A stretch of 32,000 nt of DNA. Source: Propionibacterium freudenreichii subsp. freudenreichii. GTDB taxonomy: Bacteria; Actinomycetota; Actinomycetes; Propionibacteriales; Propionibacteriaceae. Under the pieces are notes generated by a model. It was not told the DNA's origin, ran no database searches, and worked only from the letters and a program-made list of their open reading frames with translations. Positions 7,203 to 16,755 of this stretch are shown here, piece after piece; the stretch's first letter is position 1, and each line of letters opens with the position of its first letter. Both the position numbers and the translations under genes were made by a program. The stretch covers positions 330,001-362,000 of the forward strand of contig NZ_CP010341.1 of the NCBI RefSeq assembly GCF_000940845.1, in the 5' to 3' direction.

Positions 7203-8962
7203 TCACGCCTCCGGCGTCGCCTCACCCAGGGTGACCAGCTTGTTGAAGTTGGGAATGGTCGTGTCGCCGCCCAGGTGCTGCGAGTCATACAGCTTCATCG
7301 TGTTCGGCGTGACCGACAGGAACACCTCGTGCATCCGCTGGTTGGCAAGGTCGCGTTCGATGAACTGCCCCAGCACAGGGTCGCTGATCGACGCCAGCAT
7401 CGTCTCGTAGGGCACCTCAATGGCCGCGGCGTAGTTGCGCGGCACCGCATTCACCAGGCCAGCCGGCCGCGCCCCGAACGCACCCTCCTTGCCGACGAAG
7501 CCCATCCGCATCGACAGGGCCGTGCCCCAGCGTCCGTCGACCGTGTGCAGCACCAACGGATAGCTCTTGTCACCCACCCGCAACGCCGCGTCATGGCGTG
7601 CCGACGCATAGGCGAAGTTGTCGATCACCAGCTCACCGCCGGTCGGCATGGTGCCCACATAGTCATAGGGCGAGTCGGCCACGAGCGTCTCGGTGCTGCG
7701 ATCACGCTCGGAGTTGTCGAGCCAGCGGCCCTGGATCTCCTCGCCGGTGGGGGCGAACTGCCAGGCCGGGTCATCCAGCGCCTTGAACCAGTAGCCGTGC
7801 ATGCCGGCGGCGCTCTCACCCTCCACCCGCAGCTCGCGATTCTCCGAGCCGGCATGGGTGGAATGGATCGAGATGCGGTCGGTGATCCTGCCCGGCACCT
7901 TCGGTTGGTGGGCCCAGTCGGCCGTCGGCAGCTGGATCGCCGCGGTGCTCGGATCGAGCAGGTGCTGCAACGCATCGGTGGCCGAGGGCCGCTCATCAGG
8001 ACGCCATGTGTAGCGGAACTGCGCCGGGTCCGAGCCATTGATATCGAAGTCGGACAGCTTCGTGTACATGTCGCCGTACTCATTGGTGATGAAGTGCACC
8101 GAACCGGACGACGACAACGACGTGGCCCGGAACCGCGAATTGAACGGCGTGCCCACCTCGTAGGAGTAGTCCTGCGCCAGCCACGGGTCGAGCGTGTAGA
8201 TCTTCGACCCGTCGGGGCTCAGGGCCGTCACCTGGGTGACCTTGGCCAGCGAGATCGGCTGCTGGGTGCCGTCGGGCATCGTGTAGGTGCGGTCGGTCTG
8301 GTTGCCGATCACGCTCAGCGACCACCGGTTCGGCTCGGTGGTGGGTGATTGCAGGCCGTCGCCGAACCAGAACGGCGAACCCCAGGCACGCACCCAACCC
8401 CACTTCGAGGGGTCGGACAGCAGATTGCCCATCGTGTAGATCCAGCCCTGCGAGTCCAGGGCGATCAGCAGGTCCTCATTGAGGGAGATCCCAACCACCT
8501 GCCCGGCCAGGCATGAGGGCATGGGAGCCTCGCGCCACTGCTTGTCACCGATATTGCGCACATAGATCTGTCCATCGCGCAGCGCCGTCTCCACCTTCTG
8601 GTTGAAGCCCTGGCTGTTGTCACGCAGGTCGACGCTGCGTGGCAGCGAGGGGTCGCTGGCCACGGGCAGGGCGTCATAGCCGTCGTTGCCGAAGGTGGGC
8701 GCCACCAGCCCCAGCGGCAGCTGGCCATAGCCCTTCACGAAGTCCCCGACCAGGGGCACGCAGTCGGCGAGCGGACCGGTGGACGCGGGAATCTGGGGCT
8801 GCGGCGTGTCGGGGGCAGCGCTGCGGTCATCGTCAGGGCGAGGCCCGTGGCCAGGACGGCCCGCAGGAGCTTGCCGCGGCGCCGCGCGGGGCGGGCCTGT
8901 CGGTGCGTGTCGTGGGTGTGTTCGTGGGGTGCATGGGCGTGTTCGTGGGGTGTGCGTGCCAT
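7203..8962 (-). pseudogene. secreted protein of unknown function (about 585 aa), frameshifted at a C5 run between signal peptide and mature domain
   Basis: ATG at 8962 with GAGGA 6 nt upstream. One frame reads MARTPHEHAHAPHEHTHDTHRQARPARRRGKLLRAVLATGLALTMTAALPP, a His-rich N-terminus followed by an RRR-hydrophobic signal peptide. The long frame continues as ..APDTPQPQIPASTGPLADC..., offset by one nucleotide. One extra C in the run at 8811-8815 (G5 on the + strand) would join them as ..TAALPPDTPQPQIP... The mature part has strong codon bias, is rich in W/Y/G beta-like segments (GWIYTMGN, KIYTLDPW, VHFITNEYGDMYTKL), and matches no family I recognise. Confidence 0.7.
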
Positions 8963-9266
8963 GGTCTGTCCTCGCGTCGTTGTGAAGGCGGGCGCACCGC
9001 ACCATCCGCGGTCCCGACGTGGTCGGCGAGCAGACAACCGTGTCCGCCACCAGCCGCGTCACGAGTGGTTCGGCGTGGTTCAGGGGGATTTTGACGCTAT
9101 CAGCCCTTGTCGGAGCCGACGAGGGGGTTGGGGCATCGTGCGTGCTGTCAGATTGCCGACGCCCGATTCGTGCACGGAATGCACCCGTGAACACATCGTC
9201 GTGCGGGCCCCATCGCCCCGTTCGGTCACCGGCCAACCCGACCCGCCGGCTCACTAGGCTGGGGCC

Positions 9267-9920
9267 ATGAGCACCCAAGATCTCCCCTGGAAACTGGTCC
9301 TCTTCGACCTGGACGGCACCCTCATCAACTCGATCGACCTGGTGGTGGCGGCGTGGCAGCACGCCTTTGCCGACGTGCTGGGCAAGCAGCTCGACCGCGA
9401 GACGGTGCTCCCGTGGATCGGCCTGCCGCTCACCGACACCATCGCCGAGCAGGGCGGCGACAAGGCCGAGGCGCTGCGCGCGTCCTACGACCAGTTCATG
9501 CAGGCCAACCACGATGACATGGTGACCGCCTTCGCCGGGCTGCCCGAACTGCTCGACGACCTCGCGGTGTACAACGTCGGGACCGCCGTGGTCACCGCCA
9601 AGGGACGCGAGCTGGCCGAACGTGGACTGCGCGTGGCCGGCTACCCCGAGACGCTGCACGTGGCGGCCGCCATGGAGGACACCCGCGAACACAAGCCCAA
9701 TCCGGCACCGCTGCTCGCCGCGCTGGCCCACGAAGGCGCCCATGCCTCCGACGCCGTGTACGTCGGCGACGCCATCTACGACCTGCAGGCCGCCGAGGCC
9801 GCCGGCATTCCGGCGATCGGCGTCACCTGGGGCGCCGGCAAGCGCGACGCCCTGCACCAGCAACGGGCCCTGGCATTTGCCGATGCCCCCGACGAACTGC
9901 GCGCCCAACTGCTTGGCTGA
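9267..9920 (+). CDS. HAD-superfamily hydrolase, subfamily IA (phosphoglycolate phosphatase / PpaX-like)
   Basis: HAD motifs are present: LFDLDGTL (DxDxT), VVTAK, KPNPAP, VGDAIYDLQAA. Confidence 0.85.
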   Translation: MSTQDLPWKLVLFDLDGTLINSIDLVVAAWQHAFADVLGKQLDRETVLPWIGLPLTDTIAEQGGDKAEALRASYDQFMQANHDDMVTAFAGLPELLDDLAVYNVGTAVVTAKGRELAERGLRVAGYPETLHVAAAMEDTREHKPNPAPLLAALAHEGAHASDAVYVGDAIYDLQAAEAAGIPAIGVTWGAGKRDALHQQRALAFADAPDELRAQLLG

Positions 9921-9998
9921 AGGGCGGGGCCACCGCGCGGCCCACATCCGATGGGCGTCGCCCGTCGTCGCGCCCGGTCCCCGGAGAGGACGCCCACC

Positions 9999-11048
9999 AT
10001 GGCTGACCACCTGACAGTTGCCGTCGCCACGCCGCTGAGCGAGGAACTGTGCCTACTCATCGAAGCGCGGGAACCACGCTGCGAGCTCATCCGTGACCAG
10101 TCGCTGCTGCCGCCGATGCGCTATCCCGGCGACCACGCCGGAGATCCCGGGTTCCGGCGCACCGCGCGTCAGGAGGAGGCCTTCCGGGCCATGCTGACCC
10201 ATGCCGACGCCAGCTATGGCATCCCCGGCGAGAGCCCCCAGCTGCTGGCGTGGACGGCCGAGCACAACCCGGGCCTGCGCTGGGTGCACACCACCGCCGC
10301 CGGCGGGGGAGCCCAGGTGCGCCAGGCCGGGCTGAGCCGCGAGCAGCTCGACCGGATCACCTTCACGACCTCGGCGGGCGTCCATGCCGCACCGCTCGCG
10401 GAGTTCGCGGTCTTCGGGGTGCTGGCCGGCGCGAAGCTGCTGCCCCGGCTGACCGCCCAGAAGCACGACCGCACCTGGGGTGGGGCCTTCCTGATGCGCC
10501 AGTTGTCGCAGATGACCGTGCTCGTGGCGGGCATGGGCCACATCGGGAATCGCTGCATCGACGACTTCCATGCGCTCGGCGCGCGGGTGATCGCCTACAA
10601 CCGTTCCGTGCACGACAACCCGAATGTGTCCGCCGTGTACACCACCGGACAGCTGGGTGAGGCCGTCGAGCAGGCGGACGCGATCGTCGTCACCCTGCCG
10701 GGCACCGAACGCACCAACAAGCTGCTGTCCGCCGAGATCCTGCAGCAGGTGCGGCCGGGCACCATCCTGGTCAACGTGGGACGGGGCACCGTGATCGACC
10801 AGGCCGCGATGGTCAACGCCCTGGCGGACGGCCGGCTCGCCTTCGCCGCGCTCGACGTGGTGGCCGACGAGCCGCTGCCCACCGACAGCCCGCTGTGGGG
10901 ATTGCCGAATGTGATCATCAGTCCCCACACCGCCGGCCTGGACGCCCACGAGGACCGCTCCATCGCCGAACTGTTCGCCCGCAGCGCCACCCTCATCCTC
11001 GATGGCCGCGAGCCCCTCAACCGGGTGAACACGGTCGAGTTCTACTGA
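9999..11048 (+). CDS. D-isomer-specific 2-hydroxyacid dehydrogenase family protein (NAD-binding)
   Basis: The start is taken at ATG 9999 (MADHLTVAV), with GGAGAGGA 8 nt upstream. Family motifs are the GxGxxG-type AGMGHIG, VNVGRGTVID, LDVVADEPLP and ISPHTAG. Confidence 0.85.
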   Translation: MADHLTVAVATPLSEELCLLIEAREPRCELIRDQSLLPPMRYPGDHAGDPGFRRTARQEEAFRAMLTHADASYGIPGESPQLLAWTAEHNPGLRWVHTTAAGGGAQVRQAGLSREQLDRITFTTSAGVHAAPLAEFAVFGVLAGAKLLPRLTAQKHDRTWGGAFLMRQLSQMTVLVAGMGHIGNRCIDDFHALGARVIAYNRSVHDNPNVSAVYTTGQLGEAVEQADAIVVTLPGTERTNKLLSAEILQQVRPGTILVNVGRGTVIDQAAMVNALADGRLAFAALDVVADEPLPTDSPLWGLPNVIISPHTAGLDAHEDRSIAELFARSATLILDGREPLNRVNTVEFY

Positions 11049-11087
11049 GCAATGCGCTCATTCCACCTGCCACCGGAAGGGGCGACA

Positions 11088-11900
11088 ATGGCTAAGGACC
11101 TGCCGAACGACACAACACCCACGACGGCGCCATCCGTGACATCACTGTTCGGGGTGAGCGGTCGCCGGGCGATCGTCACCGGCGGTGATTCCGGACTGGG
11201 GCACGGCCAGGCCGAGGCGCTGCTCGAGGCCGGCGCGCAGGTGGTGATCATGGCCCGCACCCGCTCGAAGGTCGACGCCGCCCTGGCCGGGTGGGCACGC
11301 CGGGGGCTGGAGGGCCACGGCGTGGTGGCCGACCTGTCCGATGCGGCATCACGGGGCCGGGGCTTCGACGAGGCCGTCGCCACGCTGGGTGGTCTCGACG
11401 TGCTGGTCAATACCGCCGGCATGATCACCCGCCACCGGGCCGAGGACTATCCCCTCGACGAATACCGGGCGGTGCTGGCCGTGAACGCCGAGGCGCCCTT
11501 CGGGCTGAGCCAGCGGGCCGCGCGGATCTTCATCGCGCAGGGGCACGGCAAGATCATCAATATGGCTTCGATGTTGTCGTTCTCGGGCGGCGCCAATGTG
11601 CCGGCCTATGCCGCGTCGAAGGGCGCGATCGCCCAGCTCACGAAGGCGTGCGCGAACGAATGGGCGGCGCACGGCATCAACGTCAATGCGATCGCGCCCG
11701 GATATATGGCCACCGACCTGAACACGTCATTGCAGGGCGAGGACAATCCCCGCTACCGGGAGATCACGGCCCGCATTCCCGCAGGACGCTGGGGCAATGC
11801 CGACGACCTCAAGGGCATCACGGTGTTCCTGGCCTCCGGCGCCTCGGACTATCTCAATGGGGCGGTCATCCCGGTGGACGGCGGCTACCTGGGACGCTGA
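11088..11900 (+). CDS. SDR-family oxidoreductase (KduD / gluconate 5-dehydrogenase-like)
   Basis: The start is taken at ATG 11088 (MAKDLPND). SDR motifs are VTGGDSGLG (TGxxxGxG), NTAG, YAASKGA (YxxxK) and NAIAPGYMATD. Confidence 0.85.
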   Translation: MAKDLPNDTTPTTAPSVTSLFGVSGRRAIVTGGDSGLGHGQAEALLEAGAQVVIMARTRSKVDAALAGWARRGLEGHGVVADLSDAASRGRGFDEAVATLGGLDVLVNTAGMITRHRAEDYPLDEYRAVLAVNAEAPFGLSQRAARIFIAQGHGKIINMASMLSFSGGANVPAYAASKGAIAQLTKACANEWAAHGINVNAIAPGYMATDLNTSLQGEDNPRYREITARIPAGRWGNADDLKGITVFLASGASDYLNGAVIPVDGGYLGR

Positions 11901-12017
11901 TCCGGCTTCCCTCCGATAATCGGCGGCGCCCATGCCGAGCTGCCAACCCATATCGCCATGCCGAGCTGCCAACCCGCGTCCACTATCCCGTGCTGCCAAT
12001 CGGCATCACCCGGAAAA

Positions 12018-12058
12018 CCATTGTGGCCCGACCTCCCCCAGGGGCCGGGCCACAATGG
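12018..12058 (-). terminator. hairpin terminator between convergent SDR and CoA-transferase genes
   Basis: A 13-bp stem CCATTGTGGCCCG / CGGGCCACAATGG. On the minus strand it is followed by TTTTCC, about 70 nt downstream of the CoA-transferase stop. Confidence 0.6.
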
Positions 12059-12127
12059 TCATGCGTTGTTCGGTCATGCGTTGTTCAATCTGATGGATCA
12101 GGACGCCAGCATGCGGCGTCCGACCGA

Positions 12128-13651
12128 TCAACGGTAGTGCGAAAGCTTCATCGTGCCGTTCTCGATGAAGTTCAGGTGCCAATCGTAGGAATGGCGCAGG
12201 TCGTGCGGCGTGTGCTTGGCCTTCGACGTCACCAGCGAGTGGTCGAAGTACTCCTGCAGCTGCGCACGGAAATCGGGATGCACGCAATTGTCGATGATCT
12301 TCTGGGCGCGCAGGCGCGGTGCCAGGCCACGGAGGTCGGCGATGCCCTGCTCGGTGATGATCACCATCACGTCATGCTCGGTGTGGTCGACGTGGCTCAC
12401 CATCGGCACGATCGCCGAGATGGCGCCGTCCTTGGCGGTCGACGGCGACACGAATGCCGAGATGTAGGCGTTGCGCGTGAAGTCACCGGAACCACCGATG
12501 CCGTTCATCATGCGGGTGCCCATCACGTGGGTGGAGTTCACATTGCCGTAGATGTCGGCCTCGATCATGCCATTGCACGACAGCACGCCCAGGCGACGGA
12601 TGACCTCAGGATGGTTCGAGATCTCCTGGGGACGAAGAACGATCGACTTGCGGTAGTTCTTCGCGTTCTCATTCATGTTGTGCGCGTAATCGGGGCTCAG
12701 CGAGAAGGCCGTTGCCGAGGCGACGGCCAGCTTGCCGGCGTCGATCAGGTCGACCATGCCGTCCTGGATCACCTCGGTGTAGCTGGTGAGGTTCTCGAGG
12801 TCGGAATGCAGCAGGCCGTCGAGCACGGCGTTGGGGATATTGCCCACGCCGGACTGCAGCGGCAGCAGGTTCTTCGGCAGGCGGCCGTGCTTGACCTCGT
12901 TGGCATAGAAGTCGAGCAGGTAGCCGGCAATGGCGCGCGAATCGTCGTCAATCGGCTTGAACGGCGAGTTGCGGTCACGGTCGGTGGTCTCGATGACCGC
13001 CACGACCTTGTCGGAATCGATGGTCAGGAAGGTGTCGCCGATGCGGTCGCCCACATTGTTGATCGGGATGATCGGACGGTTCGGGGGAGTCAGATATCCA
13101 TTCCAGATATCGTGCATTCCCTCGAGGTCGGGCGACTGCCAGGAGTTCACCTCGATGATGATCTTCTCGGCCATGTCGAGGTAGGTCTTGTTGTTGCCCA
13201 CCGACGAGGTGGGAACGATGTTCCCGTCCTCGGTGATGCGCACGGCCTCGACCACGGCGAAGTCGAGCTTGCCCATGAAGCCCTCGGCCACCAGCTGGGC
13301 CGAGTGCGACAGGTGGATGTCGGTGTACAGCGTGGTGCCGTCGTTGATCTTCTTGCGCAGCGTCGGATCCGACTGGTACGGCATGCGGTAGTGCATGCCA
13401 TCGACGCCGGCCAGGGCACCATCGAGCTCGGGAGCGGTGGACGCACCGGTGAACGCGTTGACGGTGAATTCCTCGCCGCGCTCGTGGGCTGCCTTGATCC
13501 TGTTGGCCAGGGCCTGGGGCAGTTCCTTCGGGTAACCCGAGCCGGTGAAACCGCCGAAGCCGATCTGGGCTCCATTGGGGATAAGGGCTGCGGCCTCATC
13601 GGCGGTCATGATCTTTCCGCGCAACTTCTCGTTGGAGATGCGTTCGTTCAT
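12128..13651 (-). CDS. acetyl-CoA hydrolase/transferase family protein, probably succinate-linked CoA-transferase (propionyl-CoA:succinate or succinyl-CoA:acetate type)
   Basis: A 507-aa ORF with ATG at 13651 and a strong RBS (AGGAGAGGA). Family hallmarks run through the sequence: GFGGFTGSGYPK, TGASTAPELDG, RMPYQSDP, SSVGNNK, LQSGVGNIPNAV, NGIGGSGDF. The substrate assignment is inference from family and host metabolism. Confidence 0.85.
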   Translation of the reverse strand: MNERISNEKLRGKIMTADEAAALIPNGAQIGFGGFTGSGYPKELPQALANRIKAAHERGEEFTVNAFTGASTAPELDGALAGVDGMHYRMPYQSDPTLRKKINDGTTLYTDIHLSHSAQLVAEGFMGKLDFAVVEAVRITEDGNIVPTSSVGNNKTYLDMAEKIIIEVNSWQSPDLEGMHDIWNGYLTPPNRPIIPINNVGDRIGDTFLTIDSDKVVAVIETTDRDRNSPFKPIDDDSRAIAGYLLDFYANEVKHGRLPKNLLPLQSGVGNIPNAVLDGLLHSDLENLTSYTEVIQDGMVDLIDAGKLAVASATAFSLSPDYAHNMNENAKNYRKSIVLRPQEISNHPEVIRRLGVLSCNGMIEADIYGNVNSTHVMGTRMMNGIGGSGDFTRNAYISAFVSPSTAKDGAISAIVPMVSHVDHTEHDVMVIITEQGIADLRGLAPRLRAQKIIDNCVHPDFRAQLQEYFDHSLVTSKAKHTPHDLRHSYDWHLNFIENGTMKLSHYR

Positions 13652-13774
13652 GTTTCCTCTCCTGATCCGTGGCGCTGCACGTCCCTCGTCGGCCGGGCGG
13701 CGCCGTCACGGGGTCAGGCTATCGTGCCCCGACCCCTCGTGGCATGTTGACTGAAAAGGCAAGCTGATGGCGGA

Positions 13775-14965
13775 TTAATCGCTCACCGATGCGGTGGGAC
13801 GCAGCACGAAGCCGGTGCGCAACTTCGGAATGAAGAAGGTCGACTTCGGCGGCATCAACAGGCCCTCGCGGGCCGTGCGCATGATCTCGGTGAGGCTGGT
13901 GGGACGGATCAGGATGCCGGCGGCATGGTCGGCCACCATCGTGCGCATCTCGTCCAGCCCGTGCTGGTAGGTCACCTGGGCATCGGTGTCGCCCAGCGCC
14001 TTCTCGAGCCAGGCCCCGTCGAGTGCGCGCATGTCGTCGAAGGCCCCCTCGTGGGGGATCAGCCAGGAGGCGGTGCCGTCGGGCTTCAACAGCACCAGGC
14101 GTGCCTGCGCGACCATCTCGGACAGCGTGGCCGGCGTCAGTTCCTCGTCGATCGGGTCGATGTCGAAATAGCGTGACAGCGCTTTGTTGAGGTCGTCCCA
14201 GCTGATGCCGTCGACCAGGCGGTGGATCGCCTCGATGGCCAGCTGGTGCTCCACGAGCTCGTTGACGAACGCCAGCGTCTGCTCGGCGGGGGTGTCGGTG
14301 CGGCCGGTGGCCTTGCGCACCTCGTCGCGGTAGGTGCGCGAGATGGAGTAGCGGTGGTGTCCGTCGGCGATGAGCACATCGTCGGCGGCCAGGATCTCCT
14401 GGATCTTGGCGACGCGGCCCGGGTCGACCACGCGCTCGACGCTGTGGCGCACGCCGTCGACGGTGATCTCGCCCACCGGCTCACCCGGCGCGGCCAGGGC
14501 GTCGGTCAGGCCGTGGGCCAGCGACAGTCCCCACACCGGCGAGCCGTTCGTGGAGGTGGCGCGGGTGAGGTCGAGGCGATCGGTGACCGCCTTCTTCGTG
14601 GTGCGCTCATGGGGCAGCACGCCGCCGGCGCCCTCATCGACCACCTCGAGGCCGCCGAGCACCCCGGAGATCACCCGATGGGCGCCGGTGGCGTCGGTGA
14701 AGGCCATGCGATAGATGGTGAAGCTGGGCTGGTCGTCGTAGACCATGACGCCCTCGGAGATCCATTGGCGCAGCAGGGCGGCGGCCTTCACATAGCGGTC
14801 GTCGCCGCCGCGGGGATCGTCAACCCAGGCGATGTTGTGCGGGTCGCGTGCCTCCAACTCGTCGATGTCGGCGTCGCTGAGCACGTCATAGGGCGGCGCG
14901 ATCACCTTGTCGAGGTCGGCCGACGGGGCATAGCGAAGGGCAGCAAAAGGCTCGAAGCGTGGCAT
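13775..14965 (-). CDS. DUF1015 domain-containing protein
   Basis: MPRFEPFAALRY, IAPPYDVLS and LIADGHHRY are characteristic of DUF1015. The ORF is full length (396 aa) with good codon bias. Confidence 0.8.
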   Translation of the reverse strand: MPRFEPFAALRYAPSADLDKVIAPPYDVLSDADIDELEARDPHNIAWVDDPRGGDDRYVKAAALLRQWISEGVMVYDDQPSFTIYRMAFTDATGAHRVISGVLGGLEVVDEGAGGVLPHERTTKKAVTDRLDLTRATSTNGSPVWGLSLAHGLTDALAAPGEPVGEITVDGVRHSVERVVDPGRVAKIQEILAADDVLIADGHHRYSISRTYRDEVRKATGRTDTPAEQTLAFVNELVEHQLAIEAIHRLVDGISWDDLNKALSRYFDIDPIDEELTPATLSEMVAQARLVLLKPDGTASWLIPHEGAFDDMRALDGAWLEKALGDTDAQVTYQHGLDEMRTMVADHAAGILIRPTSLTEIMRTAREGLLMPPKSTFFIPKLRTGFVLRPTASVSD

Positions 14966-15277
14966 GCGCCAAGGCTATCGAGCAGCCCCCGACATTGGCA
15001 TCTTTCCGGCCAATGCCGATAGGGAATGCACACAATTCCCTCGTGGTCGCCGCGACATCTGCCCCTGTCAACGGCGAGGGCCACGCACTGGGGCGACGGC
15101 GTTGGCCACCGGGGGGTCTGGCAGAATTACGGCCATGGTCACCCCCATACCCCATGGACGCCGCGAGCTCACCGGACACCCGTTATCGGTGCCGATGGAC
15201 GCTGCCCCGGGCCGGGACGCGACATGTTCCGCCGATGATGGCGACCATGGATTGCGCCCGGTGGGGGGAATGCGGCG

Positions 15278-16618
15278 GTGACGATCCAGGCGGAAACCAC
15301 CGAGCCGGGTGGCTGGAGCAAGCGTTGGGCACGCTGGCGTTCCTACGGCCTGGTCGAGAACCTCTTCTTCGTGGCCGCGGCGGCCTTCTCACTCATGCTG
15401 GCCGTGGTGGTGCTGCGCAAGGGCGTCAGCAGGCCGGCCGATGTGCTGTTCCTCATCGCCTTCTACCTGGTGCTCGCCTACCTGGCGCTGCCCAGGTTCC
15501 ACCGCATCCTCACCGCGCTCTACGTGCCCGACTACTACATCGGCCGCACCCGCACCGGCGACGGACTGCTGGGCGACCCGGTGAACCTGGCGCTGCTGGG
15601 CGACGGCGTGCAGATCCGGCAGGCCATGGAGGACGCCGGATGGGTCGAGGCCGACCCGGTCAACCTGAACTCGGCCCTGCGCATCATCGCCGGCTCGGTG
15701 ATGCGCCGCAGCTATCCCACGGCGCCGGTGAGCCCCCTGTTCCTGTTCGGACGCCAGCAGGACATGGCCTTCCAGCAGGAGGTCGACGGGTCGCCGTCCA
15801 AGCGTCACCACGTGCGCTTCTGGCGCTGCCCGCCCGGCTGGCTGCTGCCCGGTGGCGCACGCGTCGACTGGCTGGCGGCCGGCACCTTCGACCGCGCGGT
15901 GGGCCTGTCGCTGTTCACCCTGCAGGTGACCCACAAGATCGAGCCGAACATCGACGTCGAGCGCGACCACATCGTCGCGACGCTTGAGCACGCCGTGCCG
16001 CAGACGAAGGTGAACGTGCTCGAGAACTTCTCCACCGGCTACCACACCCGCAACGGTGGCGGTGACACGCTGCGCACCGACGGGGCGCTCCCGGTGATCG
16101 ACCTCAGCGCGGTGCCGGTGCATGCCGAGGCCCCCCACGAGGAACAGCACCAGATGCTGTCCGACGTCGGCAAGCGGCCGGTCTCGTTGATCCTGGCGTT
16201 CCTGCTGATCCTGATCGGCATCGGCATCACCTTCTCCGAGGTGGCCGTCGATGCCTTCCACGACGTGGCCGGGCAGGTCGCCGCATCGGGGGGCACGCGC
16301 ACCGAGGTGATCGTCGCCAATGTGGTGGCGTTGGTGGTCCTCACGGGGCTGCAGGTGGTGTTGAGCACCCTGGTGTTCAAGGGATTCAATTGGGCGCGCG
16401 TGCTGCTGTTGGCCGTCACCAGCGTGACGCTCGTGACGCGCCTGGCGGGCGCCATCGTGCGCGTCCCCGGATCGATGGACATCGTCCAGATGTCGGTTGA
16501 TGTGTTGATCGTGTACGCACTCACCTCGCTGAGTGCGCGCACCTGGACACATGACCGACGCACCCTGCGCAGGGAGCTTCGTCGCAAGCGACGCGACGCG
16601 AAGGCCCTGGGCGCCTAA
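15278..16618 (+). CDS. LssY-like C-terminal domain membrane protein
   Basis: GTG start at 15278. N-terminal TM helices are followed by GDPVNLALLG..GW..ADPV..SYPTAPVSPLFLFGRQQDMAFQQE..RHHVRFW (LssY_C-type pattern). More TM helices and a basic tail come after that. Confidence 0.7.
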   Translation: MTIQAETTEPGGWSKRWARWRSYGLVENLFFVAAAAFSLMLAVVVLRKGVSRPADVLFLIAFYLVLAYLALPRFHRILTALYVPDYYIGRTRTGDGLLGDPVNLALLGDGVQIRQAMEDAGWVEADPVNLNSALRIIAGSVMRRSYPTAPVSPLFLFGRQQDMAFQQEVDGSPSKRHHVRFWRCPPGWLLPGGARVDWLAAGTFDRAVGLSLFTLQVTHKIEPNIDVERDHIVATLEHAVPQTKVNVLENFSTGYHTRNGGGDTLRTDGALPVIDLSAVPVHAEAPHEEQHQMLSDVGKRPVSLILAFLLILIGIGITFSEVAVDAFHDVAGQVAASGGTRTEVIVANVVALVVLTGLQVVLSTLVFKGFNWARVLLLAVTSVTLVTRLAGAIVRVPGSMDIVQMSVDVLIVYALTSLSARTWTHDRRTLRRELRRKRRDAKALGA

Positions 16619-16698
16619 CGCCGGGACCGGCGTGACACGAGGGCGCGGTGCACGGCCGGGTCATGCACCGCCCACATACTGCCCACCAGACAGATCCA

Positions 16699-16723
16699 CC
16701 CCACAACCGCGATGGTTGTGGGG
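16699..16723. terminator. hairpin between convergent genes (candidate bidirectional terminator)
   Basis: A 10-bp stem CCCCACAACC / GGTTGTGGGG with a 5-nt loop, lying between the stop at 16618 (+) and the stop at 16756 (-). No clear U-tract. Confidence 0.45.
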
Positions 16724-16755
16724 TGGTCAGCTCAGCGGTGCCGGTGTCGGCCGAA

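Noticed and set aside
7203-10010. A 935-aa minus-strand ORF from the track, taken at face value.
   Set aside because: Only the part downstream of about 8812 has a convincing protein-like sequence. The upstream ~400 aa are Arg/Pro/Gly-rich shadow sequence that overlaps the well-supported HAD hydrolase gene on the opposite strand. A proper start, RBS and signal peptide exist at 8962 in the adjacent frame.
14993-15040. Two short palindromes (CATTGGC-N9-GCCAATG and GGGAAT-N7-ATTCCC) in the divergent DUF1015 / LssY-like promoter region, as candidate operators.
   Set aside because: Each half-site is only 6-7 bp, there is a single occurrence, and no regulator gene is adjacent. That is not enough support to call a regulatory site.
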